From assembly GCA_965649765.1 (NCBI GenBank), contig OZ287756.1, positions 63,860,001 through 63,924,000 on the forward strand: a stretch of 64,000 bases of DNA, read 5' to 3'. The stretch's first letter is position 1. Each line of letters begins with the position of its first letter. This document shows positions 1 to 14,319 of the stretch, piece after piece. Source of the stretch: Bispira polyomma (taxonomy: Eukaryota). Both the position numbers and the translations under genes were made by a program. The notes beneath the pieces are model-generated. The model saw only the letters and a list, made by a program, of their open reading frames with translations. It was not told where the DNA came from and did no database searches.

Positions 1-730
1 ACAGTTTCACTGTTTACTAGAAGTTTGTCTCATACTTTATCTTTCAGACCTTCACCAAAAGATATATTCCAAATGCATCACTTGTTGTTCTTCTCTAAGG
101 CTTGTGACACATTGGAGGATCCAATATTATTTAGGGCCATTTTTCTAATAGCTTTCTTCGGCTTTCTTTGCATTACTAACATTGCACCCCATTCCAGGGC
201 TAAATATGACCCAACACGTCACTTTCTGAGGAAAGACGTGATATTTGGTATTCTGATACTGAAATCGGCCAAGAACCTTCAGAACAGGTCTCAATTTCAC
301 ATTCCCATTCTGAAAAATTTTACTTCATGTCCAGTCAGGGTTCTCAAGCACTTAATACAATCTAGGCCATTATCCCCTGATTGTCCACATTTTGCAAATT
401 TACTGAACCACACTTCGCCATTGATGAGTTTCATGTGTGTTCAGCCTTAGCTTCAATTCTCACACATGTGGAAATCCCACTTAAGGAGCATACCTTTCAT
501 ACTTTTACAAGATGAAATAAAAATAAAAATAGTACGTTTGTTATAGCACACTTATAGAACACAAGGTGATCTTGGGCAACTTTTGCCTTCAATAACAACG
601 TGTCCTTACAGAATATCATGTCCCATGGCCTCTGGAGATCATCTGCTGTTTGGTCATATTTACATCAAAATTCATAACCTACATCAGGTGCCCTCCTCAA
701 TTTTGCCTCTGCTATTCCCTAACTTATTAG
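1..730 (+). mobile_element. Degraded YR 3' part of a DIRS-order (Ngaro-like) retrotransposon, truncated by the window edge
   Basis: ORF 25-450 (FLIAFFGFLCITNIAPH...CPVRVL) continues out of frame into HTF-R..GATFAFNNNVSLQNIMSHGLWRSSAVWSY, matching the other YRs in the window. Confidence 0.85.
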
Positions 731-2480
731 TTTGGCTTGGGTGTTTTAAAATTTTTATAATTTAAAATTGCTTGTTTTTACCTTTTACTATACTTCATGA
801 TAATAAAAATATATACCAATTAAATTATTCTAAATTACACAATTGGTAATGTAGCCCAATTTGTTAAGAATTATGACAGTAAATCTAAAAAAAAATAAGC
901 CCCAAAACAAATTGGCATCGATATTGTCATATTTTAGGTTAACAATGGATAAAACGGCTTTTAAATATTTGTTATTGCTTAACATGGGCCAAGTTATTGG
1001 TTAAAATTATCAAGGCTCGTTTCAAAATATATACCAGTGGAATTTGATTTTACTTTTGTTTTATTTAAGCTACAACTTTACAAATTAATGTATTATCGTT
1101 CCAATCAATGTTCGTTCCAATCAATGTCTATAGGTGTAGAAAACATTCTATGAGAGTTTAAATACGTACATGAATCCGCTGTATAAATGAAAATTTGGGG
1201 ATTTTCTGTGATAAAGTAACTGATATACACCTAGGATCTGTTGACAATATCAATAGAATAGAGATATTACATACACTCATTGCATGGTTAACATAACCCA
1301 AAATGTTAAAAATATGATATATGATGTTTTGTCTTGTAGTTGCTTGCAATATGGCTTGGGGGGGGGGGGGGGGGGAGGCTATTATTGTTATAAATTGTTA
1401 TTTGTCTTATAGTTATATAGGTTTTTTTTAGATAATTGGTAACCAATATGCTGTATTATTGTCTAAGGTTATCTTACTCATTGTGTTATTTTATAATTAC
1501 TTATGTGATGGGTGTTTTGAAATTATTATATCTTAAAATTGCTTGTACCCCTACCTGTACATACCTTTTACTAACATGTATAGAAAAATAAATATATCAA
1601 ACGCTTACTTCATCATTAGTCTTCATCACAATGGCCACATTCACCTTTTATTTTGACCTTCACATTTACCAAAGTAGAACTGTGAAATTTTGTTGGGTCT
1701 TACGGCACTTTCAACAGCTTAGGTCATATAACAGCAGATTTAATGGTGTGAGAAATCAGTCCTGAAGCATTGTAAAACAGCAAACTAGCTGAAGTGCCTG
1801 ACAAACTTTTACCTCAAACATCAAGAAATGAACATAGTGAGAGACCAGTGAAGAGAGATAAGAGACCAAGCCGACAGCACAGTTAAAGACTGAGATGAAA
1901 GAAAAGCTTAATTACTGAAAGTATGTGATTCAGAACAATATATGTAAGCAAACCTTTACACATTTAGGTTTTTGTTATTATCTACACTCATATATATGTT
2001 TGACACTACCACTCCTTTAGCTAAGTTTTTTTACTTAAGTCACATTTTCAGCTATTTAAAATTGTTTTTAGCCTTAATATTTAATTAAGACTTTACTTGT
2101 TTTTTTCTATGTCTTGAACCACTTAATTAATCTTGCGTAGGGAATCTTTACCTGACAAAGTTCTAATTTTCGAGACAACAATATAAACTGTACATAAAAA
2201 AAATGGATGTCACAGTTCACATTAGTATCACTTTGGTTTGCATATGTCAATTTAGAAATTGATTTTGTGGTTGTTTTAGCTGCTCAATAAATACCTAATG
2301 TATCTTACAATTTACTGGTGTTTTCTTCAAACATTGATTTACTGGCTTTTCCTAGTTCTTTCAACACTAAAAAATGTATTATTGGAAAAATATGGTGAAA
2401 TTCCATCTGTTTTTGAACAGGAGAAGTACAACTTGAATTAATCAACAGATTTAAAAAATCAAAATATATAGAGTATACAC

Positions 2481-5070
2481 ATGTACGTCCTTCAGAAAAA
2501 GAGTAAAATGACACATAAATATCAGAGAATATGGATAACAATAGTCACATTTTCTGTGCTTCTTGTATATATCTGGAAAATTATTCATGGTAATTATCGT
2601 TATTTAATGATATGGAAACATAAAAAAAAAGTTTGTTTGGTAGTTTCTATGTACAATTTGGATTTGTCTTATTCTGCTTGGTAGTCGATTAAATCTGTCT
2701 GTTGGTCTGTTAAATAAATATTCAAGTTTATAAATTACAAATATTGTCTTTTTTAGATCAAACTATACCGATTCAGGAGAAAAATAAAAAAGGTAAAGTT
2801 GATCATTCAGTCTTTAGTCAGTAGTGAGGTAAATAAATCTAAGATACAGCTCTTCAAGGACATTCTAAAAGAGGGACCAGAATGGTTTTGTGAACATAAA
2901 TGTTGAAATATGGTTGGTAGATTCATTTTTGCAGCACAAAAAAGTATATTTAAAGGGGTAGGGGTCTGTGTGGAGGTACCAAGACACACCCCTCACACTG
3001 TATTACTTGATATATTTCAGGTTTCAGGTTTTATTATTCTTGTGGAGTAAGATAATAACAAAAATATTTCAAAGTGTGCAATGCTAAGTTTGATTGATGC
3101 ACACTCTCTTCCCCATGACTGGTTTATAATGACCTTGGAAGGTGGATCAAATAATTCGAAGGATATTTAGTAGCCTTCAAATTCATGTGAAGCTTGAAAG
3201 TTGTGAAAAACTGAAGGGCAACAGGTATGTTTTCTTTTATTCAGGCAACATTAAAACAGAAACAATAATATATCACAGTTAATGTACTCAAAGTACCACT
3301 GTATTCCACAGATCAACTGAACTTGTTAGAAGAGTACGAGATACGACAGATACTCAATTCCTCAGTAGATACAACATTTACAGGTGACAAGTTTAGTACA
3401 TTGTATATGTATACAGGTTACATGTGCAGTGGTCACAGGTATTGCCTAAAAGGGCTGAACATTTTACGTGCGCATGCACTTTAGCTAAAGCTTAGCAAAA
3501 ATAAGTTGTAATACAAAGACCACAGTAACAGTTCACACTATTTACAATTTAAATTGTGATAACCAAGTAAAATTATTTGATTTGATGAAATGAAATGAAA
3601 CTTATGGTGAATTTCTTGTTTACTATATATGTTGACAATATAATTGTACTGCACGATATATATATATCAAATAGTCCATGTATTTTTGGTTTCATCTCCT
3701 CTGTTCAGCAGTAAATCAAGTAATTCAAAAAGGAAGAGCCAAAAGGTTACAAACATTAATTAAGAAGTGAAGTGCTGACCATACTTACAATATTGAGCAA
3801 ATATAGTACAGAAATATTCTACTGAAAATAATGATAAAAATAATTGTTATGACAATCTGTGATTTAATAAACTGTGTTGTTGGTTGTCTCTCATACATTT
3901 AGATGAGATTGAGTTTATTCAAAAAGCAAGATCCCAGAGCTTACAAACATTCTGTAAGAATTGGAGTGCTGACCATACATACAATGAGTCTACTCTAATC
4001 GAGAAAATAGTGATGATTGATGACACACACAGAATCCTATTATTGTCCATCCCCAAATCAGGCTGTACAGTGTGGAAGTGGACTATCTACAACAGCACAG
4101 CCAAAGTAACAACAGATTTTGAAAAAGGCCAAAAGCTGAAATTTATTCATCAGCAAGACTTTCTGCAGTCTCAGGGTTTCCGAACCTTTATGACCTTGCC
4201 AGGACAGGAGAAAGAGAGACTACTGGACAATTACTTTAACATATTAACTGTGAGGCACCCTCTTGACAGATTAGAATCATCCTATGTAGATAAGATTGTT
4301 AACTATCAAAATGTAAATCACATGTATCGGACTCAAGTAGTAAAACATAAGATGAAAACTGAAGGTCGATGGAATAACACCAAAGTAGACCTGACCATGA
4401 AAGTTACCTTTGAAGACTTCTTATCTTATATTCTGGTCCACATCAATGAACATTGGGAGAATGTCATGACCCTGGCTATGCCTTGTATGGTGAACTACAA
4501 GTAAGACATCCTTCTATTTACACAAAACCTTGTTCAACTACCAACTGCTTTGATTCCCTCTCCCAGTAAATTGCTTGTCGTCATATGATGTGTTGACAGT
4601 GATGGTAAACCCAAATTAAACTAAGTAATAGAGTGCACTATTGATTAACAATTTTCCTTTTTATCCTTGGTGGTAATGATATTTTATTTTTTCCATAGCA
4701 TAACCTATATATTTTTTTCTAAACTCACAACTCTGAGACTGTGTGTAGTGTATATTTATTGGATCATTTTAGCTTCATATCCAAGACAGAAACCCTGAAT
4801 ATGGACATTGAATACATCATCAAATCCAGACTCTCTGGAAATGGAAAGACTAACTCTTTCAACAACAACCGAGAATCCAGCCCAATAACCCTCCACCAAG
4901 GCAAGCTTTTGACCTTGTTCTCTGAGCTCAGAGATCCAGAGAAGTGGATTTTGCAGTTGATGAGATTATACCAAGATGACATGGATATGTTTGGATATTC
5001 ATATACAGTGCATAAAGGAAAGGTGTATGCAAAATGTACTTCATATTTCAAAGAAACTATTTGTATTTGA
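2481..5070 (+). CDS. Carbohydrate sulfotransferase (Sulfotransfer_2, CHST8-14/CHST11-like), paralog 1, ~370 aa type II membrane protein
   Basis: Predicted exons 2481-2589 (TM segment IWITIVTFSVLLVYIW), 2757-2792, 3312-3383, 3903-4500, 4773-5070; all GT-AG and phase-compatible (1,1,1,2). 5'-PSB motif SIPKSGCTVWK, 3'-PB motif VRHPLDRLESSYVDK, C-terminal LYQDDMDMFGY. The small stem exons are less certain. Confidence 0.88.
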
Positions 5071-5229
5071 ATGGAGCGATTATATAGTTTTTAAAGTTTA
5101 AAATTCATGACACTACTGTACATATCTGCTATGCTGGGAAAGGTCACCCCTACTAGTCGATTCATTTAATACAAAAAGTAAGGCGTAGTGTTTTTAAGTT
5201 CTAGCATTTAAAATATTCAGAAATGAAAT

Positions 5230-5590
5230 TTTATTGACACCTGTCAGCTGTTCTTATTATAATAATATGTAAAATTTTTGCATGGCCTTGCACCTGACTA
5301 CATCACTAATCGCTTAATCCAATGTTGCCCTGCTCGTACCTTGCATACACTGCTATTAGTCCTAAGAACAAAAAGTAAAAACCTTTTAAAGCAGCACCAC
5401 AACTGTTGAATAGTCTGTCAATCAACATGATTTAAGACGTTTAAAAACAATTAAAAACCTACTTATTTAAATTAGTGTAAAACTTTTAACATGTCTTAAT
5501 TATTCTTTTGATACATTCTTATATACTTTGAAATTTTTTCAAGCACTTAGTAATAAGCACTATATCAATAAAATGTAAAGTGATATAAAT
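5230..5590 (+). mobile_element. L2-clade LINE 3' end fragment
   Basis: Degenerate HGLAPDYI...LLVPRTK...AAPQLLNSL...LKTYLF followed by an aagcact...aagcactata tail. Confidence 0.7.
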
Positions 5591-7899
5591 AATGGCGTCC
5601 AGTCCAGTTAAACGGTTACAATGAATTGTCAGAACACACTTTACCCTTTTGACTCATATATTTTATGTTGACAAGCAGCTGACAGCCTTAGTTACTCCCA
5701 GAACCTAATCTTCGGGCAAGCAGTCGACACCCCAAAAATATTATTTCATTTTATTCAATTCCTTGCAATACGAAATAGCTAATACATTGCACTGCCTCAT
5801 TTAAAATAATTGTACATGAAGCCATTATTGAATGCCAGAAGTATCCTGTGGTGTGTGTTTTAGCGACTCCAGCTATCTGTAACCTATTACCTGAAAATTA
5901 CCTTCAGTTCCTGATGATAGTTTACTCTTGATGTCTGAATGGGTAAGTGAGTGGAGATAATAAAAAAGTGGGTATAACCTTTAAGAAAAGTACTCTAGAT
6001 TAAATTGCCATGATGTAAAAGTTTATATATTGTAATTATACTGTATCTGGGTTTATTTTACTAGACCCTACAGTTTAACAGAAATTGAATTCACATAAAT
6101 TGTCAAGAAAATTCAGTCATTGAACATTTTTGTTTTTTGAGTCACAAAATTATAAGTCTTGCAATTCAAAAACGCACATCATTTTTGAAAGTTAAACAGT
6201 AAAATAATAAAACTCGATGCTACAATTACCAATAATCATGTGAAAATGGCTTACATTTGAAATAAATTTAGCAGCATTGATTTTATAGTCATTAATATTG
6301 AGCGTGTAAGCCAGCATATTATAGTGATTAAAAATAAAAACCTGTTATTGTGTTGCAAGTCAGTCTAACGGGAAGGCAAGATAGAAATAAAGTATGAAGT
6401 TTTTGACATTTGTAGTTTTTTTATTTGTATTAAAAATTTTAGCCCTACACATACATATTCCCCTAACAACCATTGTTTTTGTTAGTGTTGATATTTACAA
6501 TGGTTATCACATCAAACTGATTTTCTGTTGTTACACTTTTACTACAATAACTACATTACCCATATACATTACAGCTATGAAACGTCAACTCAACAACCAT
6601 CATATGTGATGTTGAATTGATTACAAACTACTGTTGTTTAAAGTGTTATGCTGTAATTTTAACCATAAGTTAAATATATAATAAAATAAAGGGCCAAAAG
6701 AACCCTTTAACAAGTAAAAATAACTAAAATAAAGAATGGATTGTGGATGGGTGGGTAAATTTTTGATGCTCTCCTGTTGTATAAATTTTACAACTTATTG
6801 GAATGTCCAACAAAGGGGAGAACAGAAGTTAGCCAGCTATGCACTTTGAGAGCTGAAGTCTTTACAGACATTTCTAGTGGGCTTTTTTTGAATAAAATTC
6901 ACTCACGACTTTTTAGTTCACCTTTATTCCATAACAAGGGCAGCACTTGGACATACGTTTAATCTGTCTTTACCAGACAGTTGTTTACAGGGCCACTTCC
7001 AAAAGAAGTTGTCTCTTGACTTTCAAGTACATTTTCTGGAACCACAAGGTCACCAGCATAGTATCTGTGAACTTTTTCTAGGCCACTTGTGGGTAAGTTA
7101 GTGTGCAATATCGACTGCCCTAGGACTGAGATGGTGTGCTATTTTTACGCATCTCCCACAGTAGTCACTGTAAATCTTTAAAAATAATAGGATTCCTGAT
7201 AGTTCAGTTTGTCAATAAAGCCATGAAATTTTCTTTATTTCTATTTTCCATTGATTTTTCTTTGGGCTTATGGACACATTGACATGTGGCCATTATTGTC
7301 TGTGTTATCACATTCTTTAAAACTACAGGACCTACATATTTATTAGGTAAAGCACCTTAAAATTTGAAAAATTCAAAATAAACTCTTAAAAGTTTGATAA
7401 TAATAATGCTTCTCTTTCATGTAATCCCCTAGTTTAACCGAGATGGACTGAGTCAGCCTGTTTCCGTTCTAAATTCTGAAACTTTAGTACCTGCTTCATC
7501 GATGAGCTGTGCACAAACTAAACAGGGTTGTCTTACTTGATAATCTCTGCGCAGGTTGTGCTGAGCTTGGACTAACTCCGGGCACCTAAATGCAACACCT
7601 GTCAAACTTGGGTCAACTCAAGATGGCTTAGTTTGGTTTCCTAACAATATCAGATGGAATCAAGCTGGGGTCAGCTTGGCTTTTTGGTCATAAATACATG
7701 CACAAGTTATAACAAATCCTGCCGAATGTCGAACATTTGTCACAAGGTTACACAATTAAGCCGAGTTGCAATTAGTTGTGCAGAGTTACCTGAGAGCCAT
7801 CAATGATATACAGTGCAGTATTTTATTACCTCAGATAAATAACTTTTTAGGACTGTGCAAGCTATCTCTTGGGCTTAGGAATTCTAGAGCACTTTCTGT

Positions 7900-8400
7900 T
7901 AAATTGTTCTTTGATACAATGCCATTAGTCTAAGTTTATTTTGTTTGGCTTCCTTGATGACCAGGTTAGTCTATTTATGGGGTTGGAGAGTGTGAGGGTT
8001 TTAGAAACACATGGATCATGACTGTCATCCATGGATGATCTGTTTATATTGCATACTGATGCTGTCCTCAATCTTGCATGGGTGCTAAATGTTGATTTTT
8101 CTAATTTTACAGCATTTGGTTACACCAGGGTTTTCTGACACATGTTTGGGCAAATGAAGATGGGCGAAAGTGGCAAGATAGTCTGATACTTCATTAGTGA
8201 CCCATTCATAATTTATCGTTTACGACTGTGGTCGATCAATGATGAGGTTTAGGATATGATTGGCAAGATGGGTAGGACTAAAGACAAACTATGTCAATTT
8301 GTAATTGCCTAAGAGGTGTGTAAATGGCTATCATATCAATCAGTAACTTCTGTTTGTTCGAGATCACACAAAAAAGCATTGCTGAAATATGTAAATTAGG
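7900..8400 (-). mobile_element. Highly degraded L2/CR1-type LINE fragment (endonuclease C-terminus/linker)
   Basis: Minus-strand remnants PTHLANHILNLIIDR and KPWCN with many disruptions. Confidence 0.4.
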
Positions 8401-8667
8401 TATTGGATCAAAAAAACACATGATAATCGATTTATCTTTTAGTTATTTATTTACAATTGAACTTTTTTATATCGAGCCTAGTGAACCAGGATAAATATCT
8501 ATACTTAAAAAGAATTTCCACTTAACAGGTTTAATTTTAACAGAAACAGTATTTGTGGGACTACAGATTTTTTCCACATAAAATGAAAGCCAACTTAACA
8601 GAGCTCCAGTTAATGAGGTTCAACTTGGAGTATATATACATTAACACCAGGTTCTACCCATATTGCT

Positions 8668-11600
8668 TTATATACAAATGTTGTTTTCTGTGTATGAAGT
8701 ACATGTTGCAAACACTTGTCCATCAACTATTTCATATGAATATCCAAACATGTCCATGTCCATTTTATATAGTGTCATTAATTTATTCAGCCAGCCTTCC
8801 ACATTTGGGAGTTCAGAGAACAGTGGTAGGTGGCGACCTTGTTGCTGAGGATATGCTTCATCTTGAACTCTGTTTGTATTCAAGTTCATAGGGCGACCTC
8901 TACCTGACAACTTGCGGCTGATGATATATTGTAAATCAATATTTATAGTCTCTGTCTTGGCAATAAAACTGAAACAAATACAACACAACAAAACTGAACT
9001 GAGTTGGATATGCATATCATGCTATTGTTTGAGCAAGAATGCCTTAGCAAAGGGAGAAAAAATAATTGTTGCATAAAATATACCTACAAAATCTTAACAA
9101 ATGCTATAATTGACTTCACGAGTAGTTAGCGGTCATATATAAAATTTACCACCGGACCTAAACCGATCCTCTCAGTATACACAGTTGAAATAGGTCATGA
9201 CCTCTTATAAAGAACAGGCAGGAACCACACAGCTTCATTACAAAATTGACCGCCATTAAGTAAACATTATCTAAATTTGTAAAAATTTATCCGGGATATT
9301 AATGTCATTTTGTTCCTATTTTTAAAAATGTTAACTATTTTTGATGATGAAATTTCTCCATCTCGAATGGACAAGGCTATTAAACACTTTACTTGTGGTA
9401 CTTTTCTGTCTAACTGGGACGGACATTGCTCCTGTCCTATTTGCAGGGTCTTTCTCAGAGGCCTAGATATTTGTATTGTACAAAGACCTGAAGATTTGCA
9501 AGTATTTCACCAGTGAACTACTTCAAATATGTATCAAACTGGAGAACATGGATGATGGCTTTGTTTGATAAATTCCTCATTTGTAAATTGTTCCATTGCT
9601 ACTTTGATTTATCAAGTCAATGTACTCTCATAGAATGGATCAGAGTTAAATCAAAGTTTACCCGTTAAAGCCATTGAAGGAGGGACAGGTATCCGGTACG
9701 GAACGAGAAAGACTGTCCCCCTGTTCCTGTTATATCTGTTATTTGCCATCACGTCAGGGGAGAAGTAAGAGTAATGCTTGAAATCTAACCTCTCTGGCAT
9801 ACAAAAGACTGTAGCACCTTCACTAGCTTCTTTGACTAAAAACGATCCTGATTCTATCAATTCCAGCTTTATCTTACTAATGACCATTATCTTCTATTAC
9901 CGTTTGAGGTAAAACACTGGTTCCTTAAAATATTATTATATGTGCATATATTTTATTGGATAAAAGTGGTGTTAGTTAGTATCTGTGAATTTGAACATTT
10001 CAACATATTCTGTTGGGGAACACAATTATGTAATAAAGACACATAGCTCCCATTTGTTCAACTCCGGATAATGGCCTCTAATTCTATATTGCCTAACGGC
10101 TCAGATGACCACTTAAAATGAAGGTCGTATGTCACTAAGTTCTATCTCCAGTGACAAGTTAAAGATTGTTGCAGACATTGATAAATGGGCATCTTCAAGC
10201 TTTGGGGCCTGATGGATGATACAGACCCAACTCAAATTAAAGTGCGGCCCAAAATTTTAGCACATACTACACTAAAGTATAATGTGAAATCAGTAACTGT
10301 TGCTAGGATTTTTTATTGAAGTCTGCATCATGTCTGAAAGTGGGGTAGATCGGTGTGATAGACCAGTGGTTTACATTGCTTCAGCACTGGTTTCCTCCAC
10401 TTTCAAATCTGGCCATCACAATATGACCTGAGTTTTTGAAAGTGACTATTTCTAAATTCAAATGCAGATATTACAGAAATTAATTACCTGTTAGGTAGGC
10501 TGCATGGATTAGCCAATGAGTTGATACTACTCCAGTGACGGTTCCCTCTTTTTAAAATAAAAGACACAAAGTCTTTAAATCTGACCTCTCTGTCTATATA
10601 AATATGTTTCTCTTGGTTTAAAGTCTGATTGTCATTGAGTTTTGAAGTATAACGTAAAAGCTCTCTCTTATATGACTTACTGGCTTTTTTGTTGTCATTG
10701 ACTAATTTGTCGACGAAAGCAGATTCGATGCGGTCCAACGGGTGTCTGACAGTGATTACTTTAAAATATGAATCCAAAATCAGTTTTCTTTTGTTATTAT
10801 CCAAGGCTAAAACAGACTGAAACCCATTGGTTTTCCACAATGAGGCTTGGTGTACAAGCAGCGTAGGTTCACATGTTACATTGGCCCCTTTGCTGTTGTT
10901 GAAGAAAGTCAATTTCCACAGAGTGCTCCCAGTTTTTGGGATTGTCAGGAGCAGGACCTTGTTGTCGTCATCGACTACATACATGTGGGATAGCTGTCCT
11001 CCTCTAACAGACCACATTGTTGCAGGTAAAGTGTCACAGTGTTCCTGGAATCGATTATGTCTTAACTGTTGTATTTTTTCTGCTGTCGCAAACATTTCGT
11101 GCTCTGAAATGATATGAAAATGTGTTTTTCCCACTGTATCTTATTCTCATTTCAGTTTATGGTAGTTTCTTGTATGTTATTGGCAATCTAGCAGCAAATT
11201 TAAGGGATATATATATAGTTTCATTTGGTTTATGTTTAAGTCACTTTGTGTCATCACTGGTGGAGGAAATTGCCTGAAAGCTCTGAAATCAATAGTAAAT
11301 TACATATGATAAAAACTCGACCAATTTTAAGGTCATTGAAGTGATGTTAAACATCTGTTTGATTCACCACTTCACTACTATGGTTATGCAATCCTACAAA
11401 GATATCACAGCAAGTTTATTGTCATTATAAGCCAAATTTTTGAGATATTACAGAGACAACAGGATATTTACAATTATGACCCAAATTTAACTTAATTTCA
11501 AAATATGTAATGTTCATGACAAACAAAAACATAAATATTTAATCTTTTGGGTCTTAAAAGTGACTTTGAAACATATCTGTGTGGTTCACAACATTATTAA

Positions 11601-13553
11601 TAATGTAAGATTATGAAGCCCTGCAATGATATCCTAGTAACTTTAATGTCATCACACAAAATTATTTTCGAGATATGACATGAAATGCTAGAAATTACAC
11701 TAAAATGTTAATAGGATATTTGACATTTTATTAGTCTGAAAAACAATTTAAAAATTCAGCACTTCAACAAAAAATCTGAGCGAAATGGCATGAACATTTA
11801 AAAAAATTAAAGCGGTAAGCTAAATGTTTGTGAAATTTTAGAATTATGCTTTCAGTGGTTTTGGACAAAAACATTATCAAAGAAAGCTCTGTTTGTACAC
11901 AAAAGATGGGAAATTTTTTCAACATGCTAGACACCGGATACTAACCAAATTCAGATGCCATGACCGATTTTTCATCCTTTGACTGTAAGGCACATGTAAA
12001 AAGATTAGGAGTCTGTAGCACCTGTAGTTTCAGAGAAGAAATTGCCATTGCGTACGCGTACAGTGATGCAGACAATAACAAAAAGGTAAATTTGGAAGGG
12101 AGGAAATGGGAAATCTCACTCGATATTTGAATTCAGGGTGAAAAGCTCTATTAAAATGAATGGTCACATGTATATTTTCAGGTACAATGATTTTCACATG
12201 GTCTATATTTGAGTTGAGTATGAGTTTAAACTGAGTATATGTTTGAGAATTCGGGCCCTTATGTGTTGGTTGTGCTACGTTGGTTTGCAGACCCAGTTGA
12301 CAGATGATAACAAAAAAATATATATATTTTTTTTTCTAGCAGTGCAAACTTGTCCAGATAGTATTTCAGGAACTACATTTGGCAGCAACAGTAACATAGT
12401 AGACCTTATGGGTTATTTGTTCAATGTCATGTGTTCTACTCGATATAGGCAAGTTTTCCGAGGCATTCAAGTGATAACCATAGAAAGTAGTTTTTGTTGT
12501 GCAACTTTCTGTCGCACATTTGTAGATCTAAAGGGTACTTGTTTATTCATTGTAAGGTTTTTTCTCAGAGCATATCTGTTTGATTTTGGCTATCAGGCAT
12601 CAAAACTATGCGGGTTTTCATAACAATCATCTGATATACATTTAATTAGTACATGTGCAACATTAATGGTCAAATTGCAGCAACTGTTAAGGTTTCCCTT
12701 ACCTTTGGATGGTGATGATCGAGTCTGTATTGAAGACATAATGTTTCTATCAGCTGCATAATGAAAGGAGAAATCTGGTTTACCTGAAAGCGTAAAAAAC
12801 ACGCAGCATTAAAATGTGATGGAGGGGTTGTTATTTAGTAGAGTTGGTGATAGTAAATTAGTATTGAAAAGGTTATATTATAGCTAAATTTACTAATGAC
12901 CTTAAAAAGGTAAAAATTAATCTCCTTTTAATAGGTATTTTTTTAAAAAAATTTGAGTGTTATTTTTGGATGCACAAAAGTCATGGCTGTCATAAACCAT
13001 TCTAAGCATGGACTGGCCTATGGGTATGGGGTGTAAATGAGTTCATGATGATTTTGTTATTTTTCTGAAACTGTCTCAAACTGTCCACTGTGGACTATCA
13101 GGCAGATTGGGAGGACTACTTCTCTTAGCCTCCATGTGTGTATATCAATAGAGAATTACATGTAAAGCTCAATACTAATAATAATAATTCATGACCGGTT
13201 AATCAAGGAAGCTCCTTAAATTGTGAAGAATATCTGATCAACTGGTTATATTGTATAATTGTCTATTTCCAGTACTGACACCAGAGAAATGGTGGAGACT
13301 GAAATCTAAGATCAAATAAATTGCAATTTTTAGTAATGGAACGAGTACAATCTATATAACTTAGATTACACATTACTATTTATGTTAGATTTTACATATT
13401 TGCTAAGAGATGAAAATGACTTATTTCCACACAAAAAAGATTTGAAAATATTTGAAACTTACCCTTCAATATTTTGAAAAAGATTATCAATAAAAGAAAT
13501 ACCACAAAAACCTGAACGAAAAACACCTTCGATATCATACTTGTAATTTCCAT
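8668..13553 (-). CDS. Carbohydrate sulfotransferase (Sulfotransfer_2), paralog 2, ~362 aa
   Basis: Predicted exons 13553-13463 (MEITSMISKVFFVQVFVVFLLLIIFFKILK, TM), 12783-12703, 11103-10488, 8968-8668; GT-AG, phases 1,1,2. Motifs TIPKTGSTLWK, VRHPLDRIESAFVDK, LYKMDMDMFGY. Confidence 0.87.
10340..10446 (+). repeat. SINE-like 3' fragment; a related reverse-strand fragment lies at ~1690-1740
   Basis: ggtttcctccac...ctggccatcacaatatgacctgag...ttgaaagtg resembles, from memory, the 3' part of tRNA-derived SINEs of molluscs; 1690-1740 is similar to its reverse complement. Confidence 0.4.
12113..12258 (+). mobile_element. Right half of the MITE family seen intact at 23368-23609
   Basis: Close match to 23460-23610, including the terminal inverted repeat (TIR) tttgagttgagtatgagtttaa.ctgagtata.gtt.gagaat.cgggccc. 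Confidence 0.85.
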
Positions 13554-14319
13554 TTGAAACAAAAATGTTAATATTTCATTTTTAGTTTTTTTTTGACAAA
13601 GTCTAGAGAAATTACTGGGAAAATCAATTTAAACATTGACAAAGCACCAACAATGAAGACAATTGATTTACTTATGACACTTTTGCAAAAGAAAATATTA
13701 TAATGAGGTTTTAATTTTTAATTAACGGTTTTTATATTGATAGAATCAATACCTGTGTTTCAAACAGCATAGAGAATACAAAGACAGACAGAAATAACAA
13801 TAATATATTTGAACCACAACATATATTTTTGGTAGGGCTACATCTCAACAATTAAAATATTCGTTAATATTTAATGTACTTTATTGCAATAAAAACAGTC
13901 AGAAACTACAATAATTCGTCTTTAACACCATATAATTATGACATTTGTAACAGCTATCGTTACTAAAATATAAGTCTTTCATCTTTAAAATGCTTTTGTA
14001 TGTCCTATATTAGAATTGGCGAAAAAATGGTACTTTCACCAAAGTTTAATGAGAACCTTTTTTTAAAGTCAATATTTTTTGTAAAGAAGTGATATTTTGA
14101 TTTATTATCCATTGTAATGTTTATGTGGCTGATATGGGTAGGCCGTATTAACCGGCGCCTGTGAAAAAGGATATAAAACTATATTACTTAATCTCAATTT
14201 TAAGCAATATTTAGTTAGAAAAGTGTGACTAACGTAGGATATAGACCTTAAGCAACATAATGGTATACTAAAGTCGATTGTTAGACCTGGCCAATGTTCC
14301 AGGTGTTTGAGCAATTGTG

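Noticed and set aside
4764-5051. Antisense ORFs over sulfotransferase exons (also 8553-8891, 10827-11117, 45741-46060)
   Set aside because: Shadow frames of real coding exons with no independent motifs.
9310-9890. Coding-like intronic text (ORFs 9310-9516 and 9651-9887)
   Set aside because: Too degraded to assign; possibly old TE debris.
12400-12630. Additional stem exon for paralog 2
   Set aside because: Every phase-1 acceptor tried runs into a stop.
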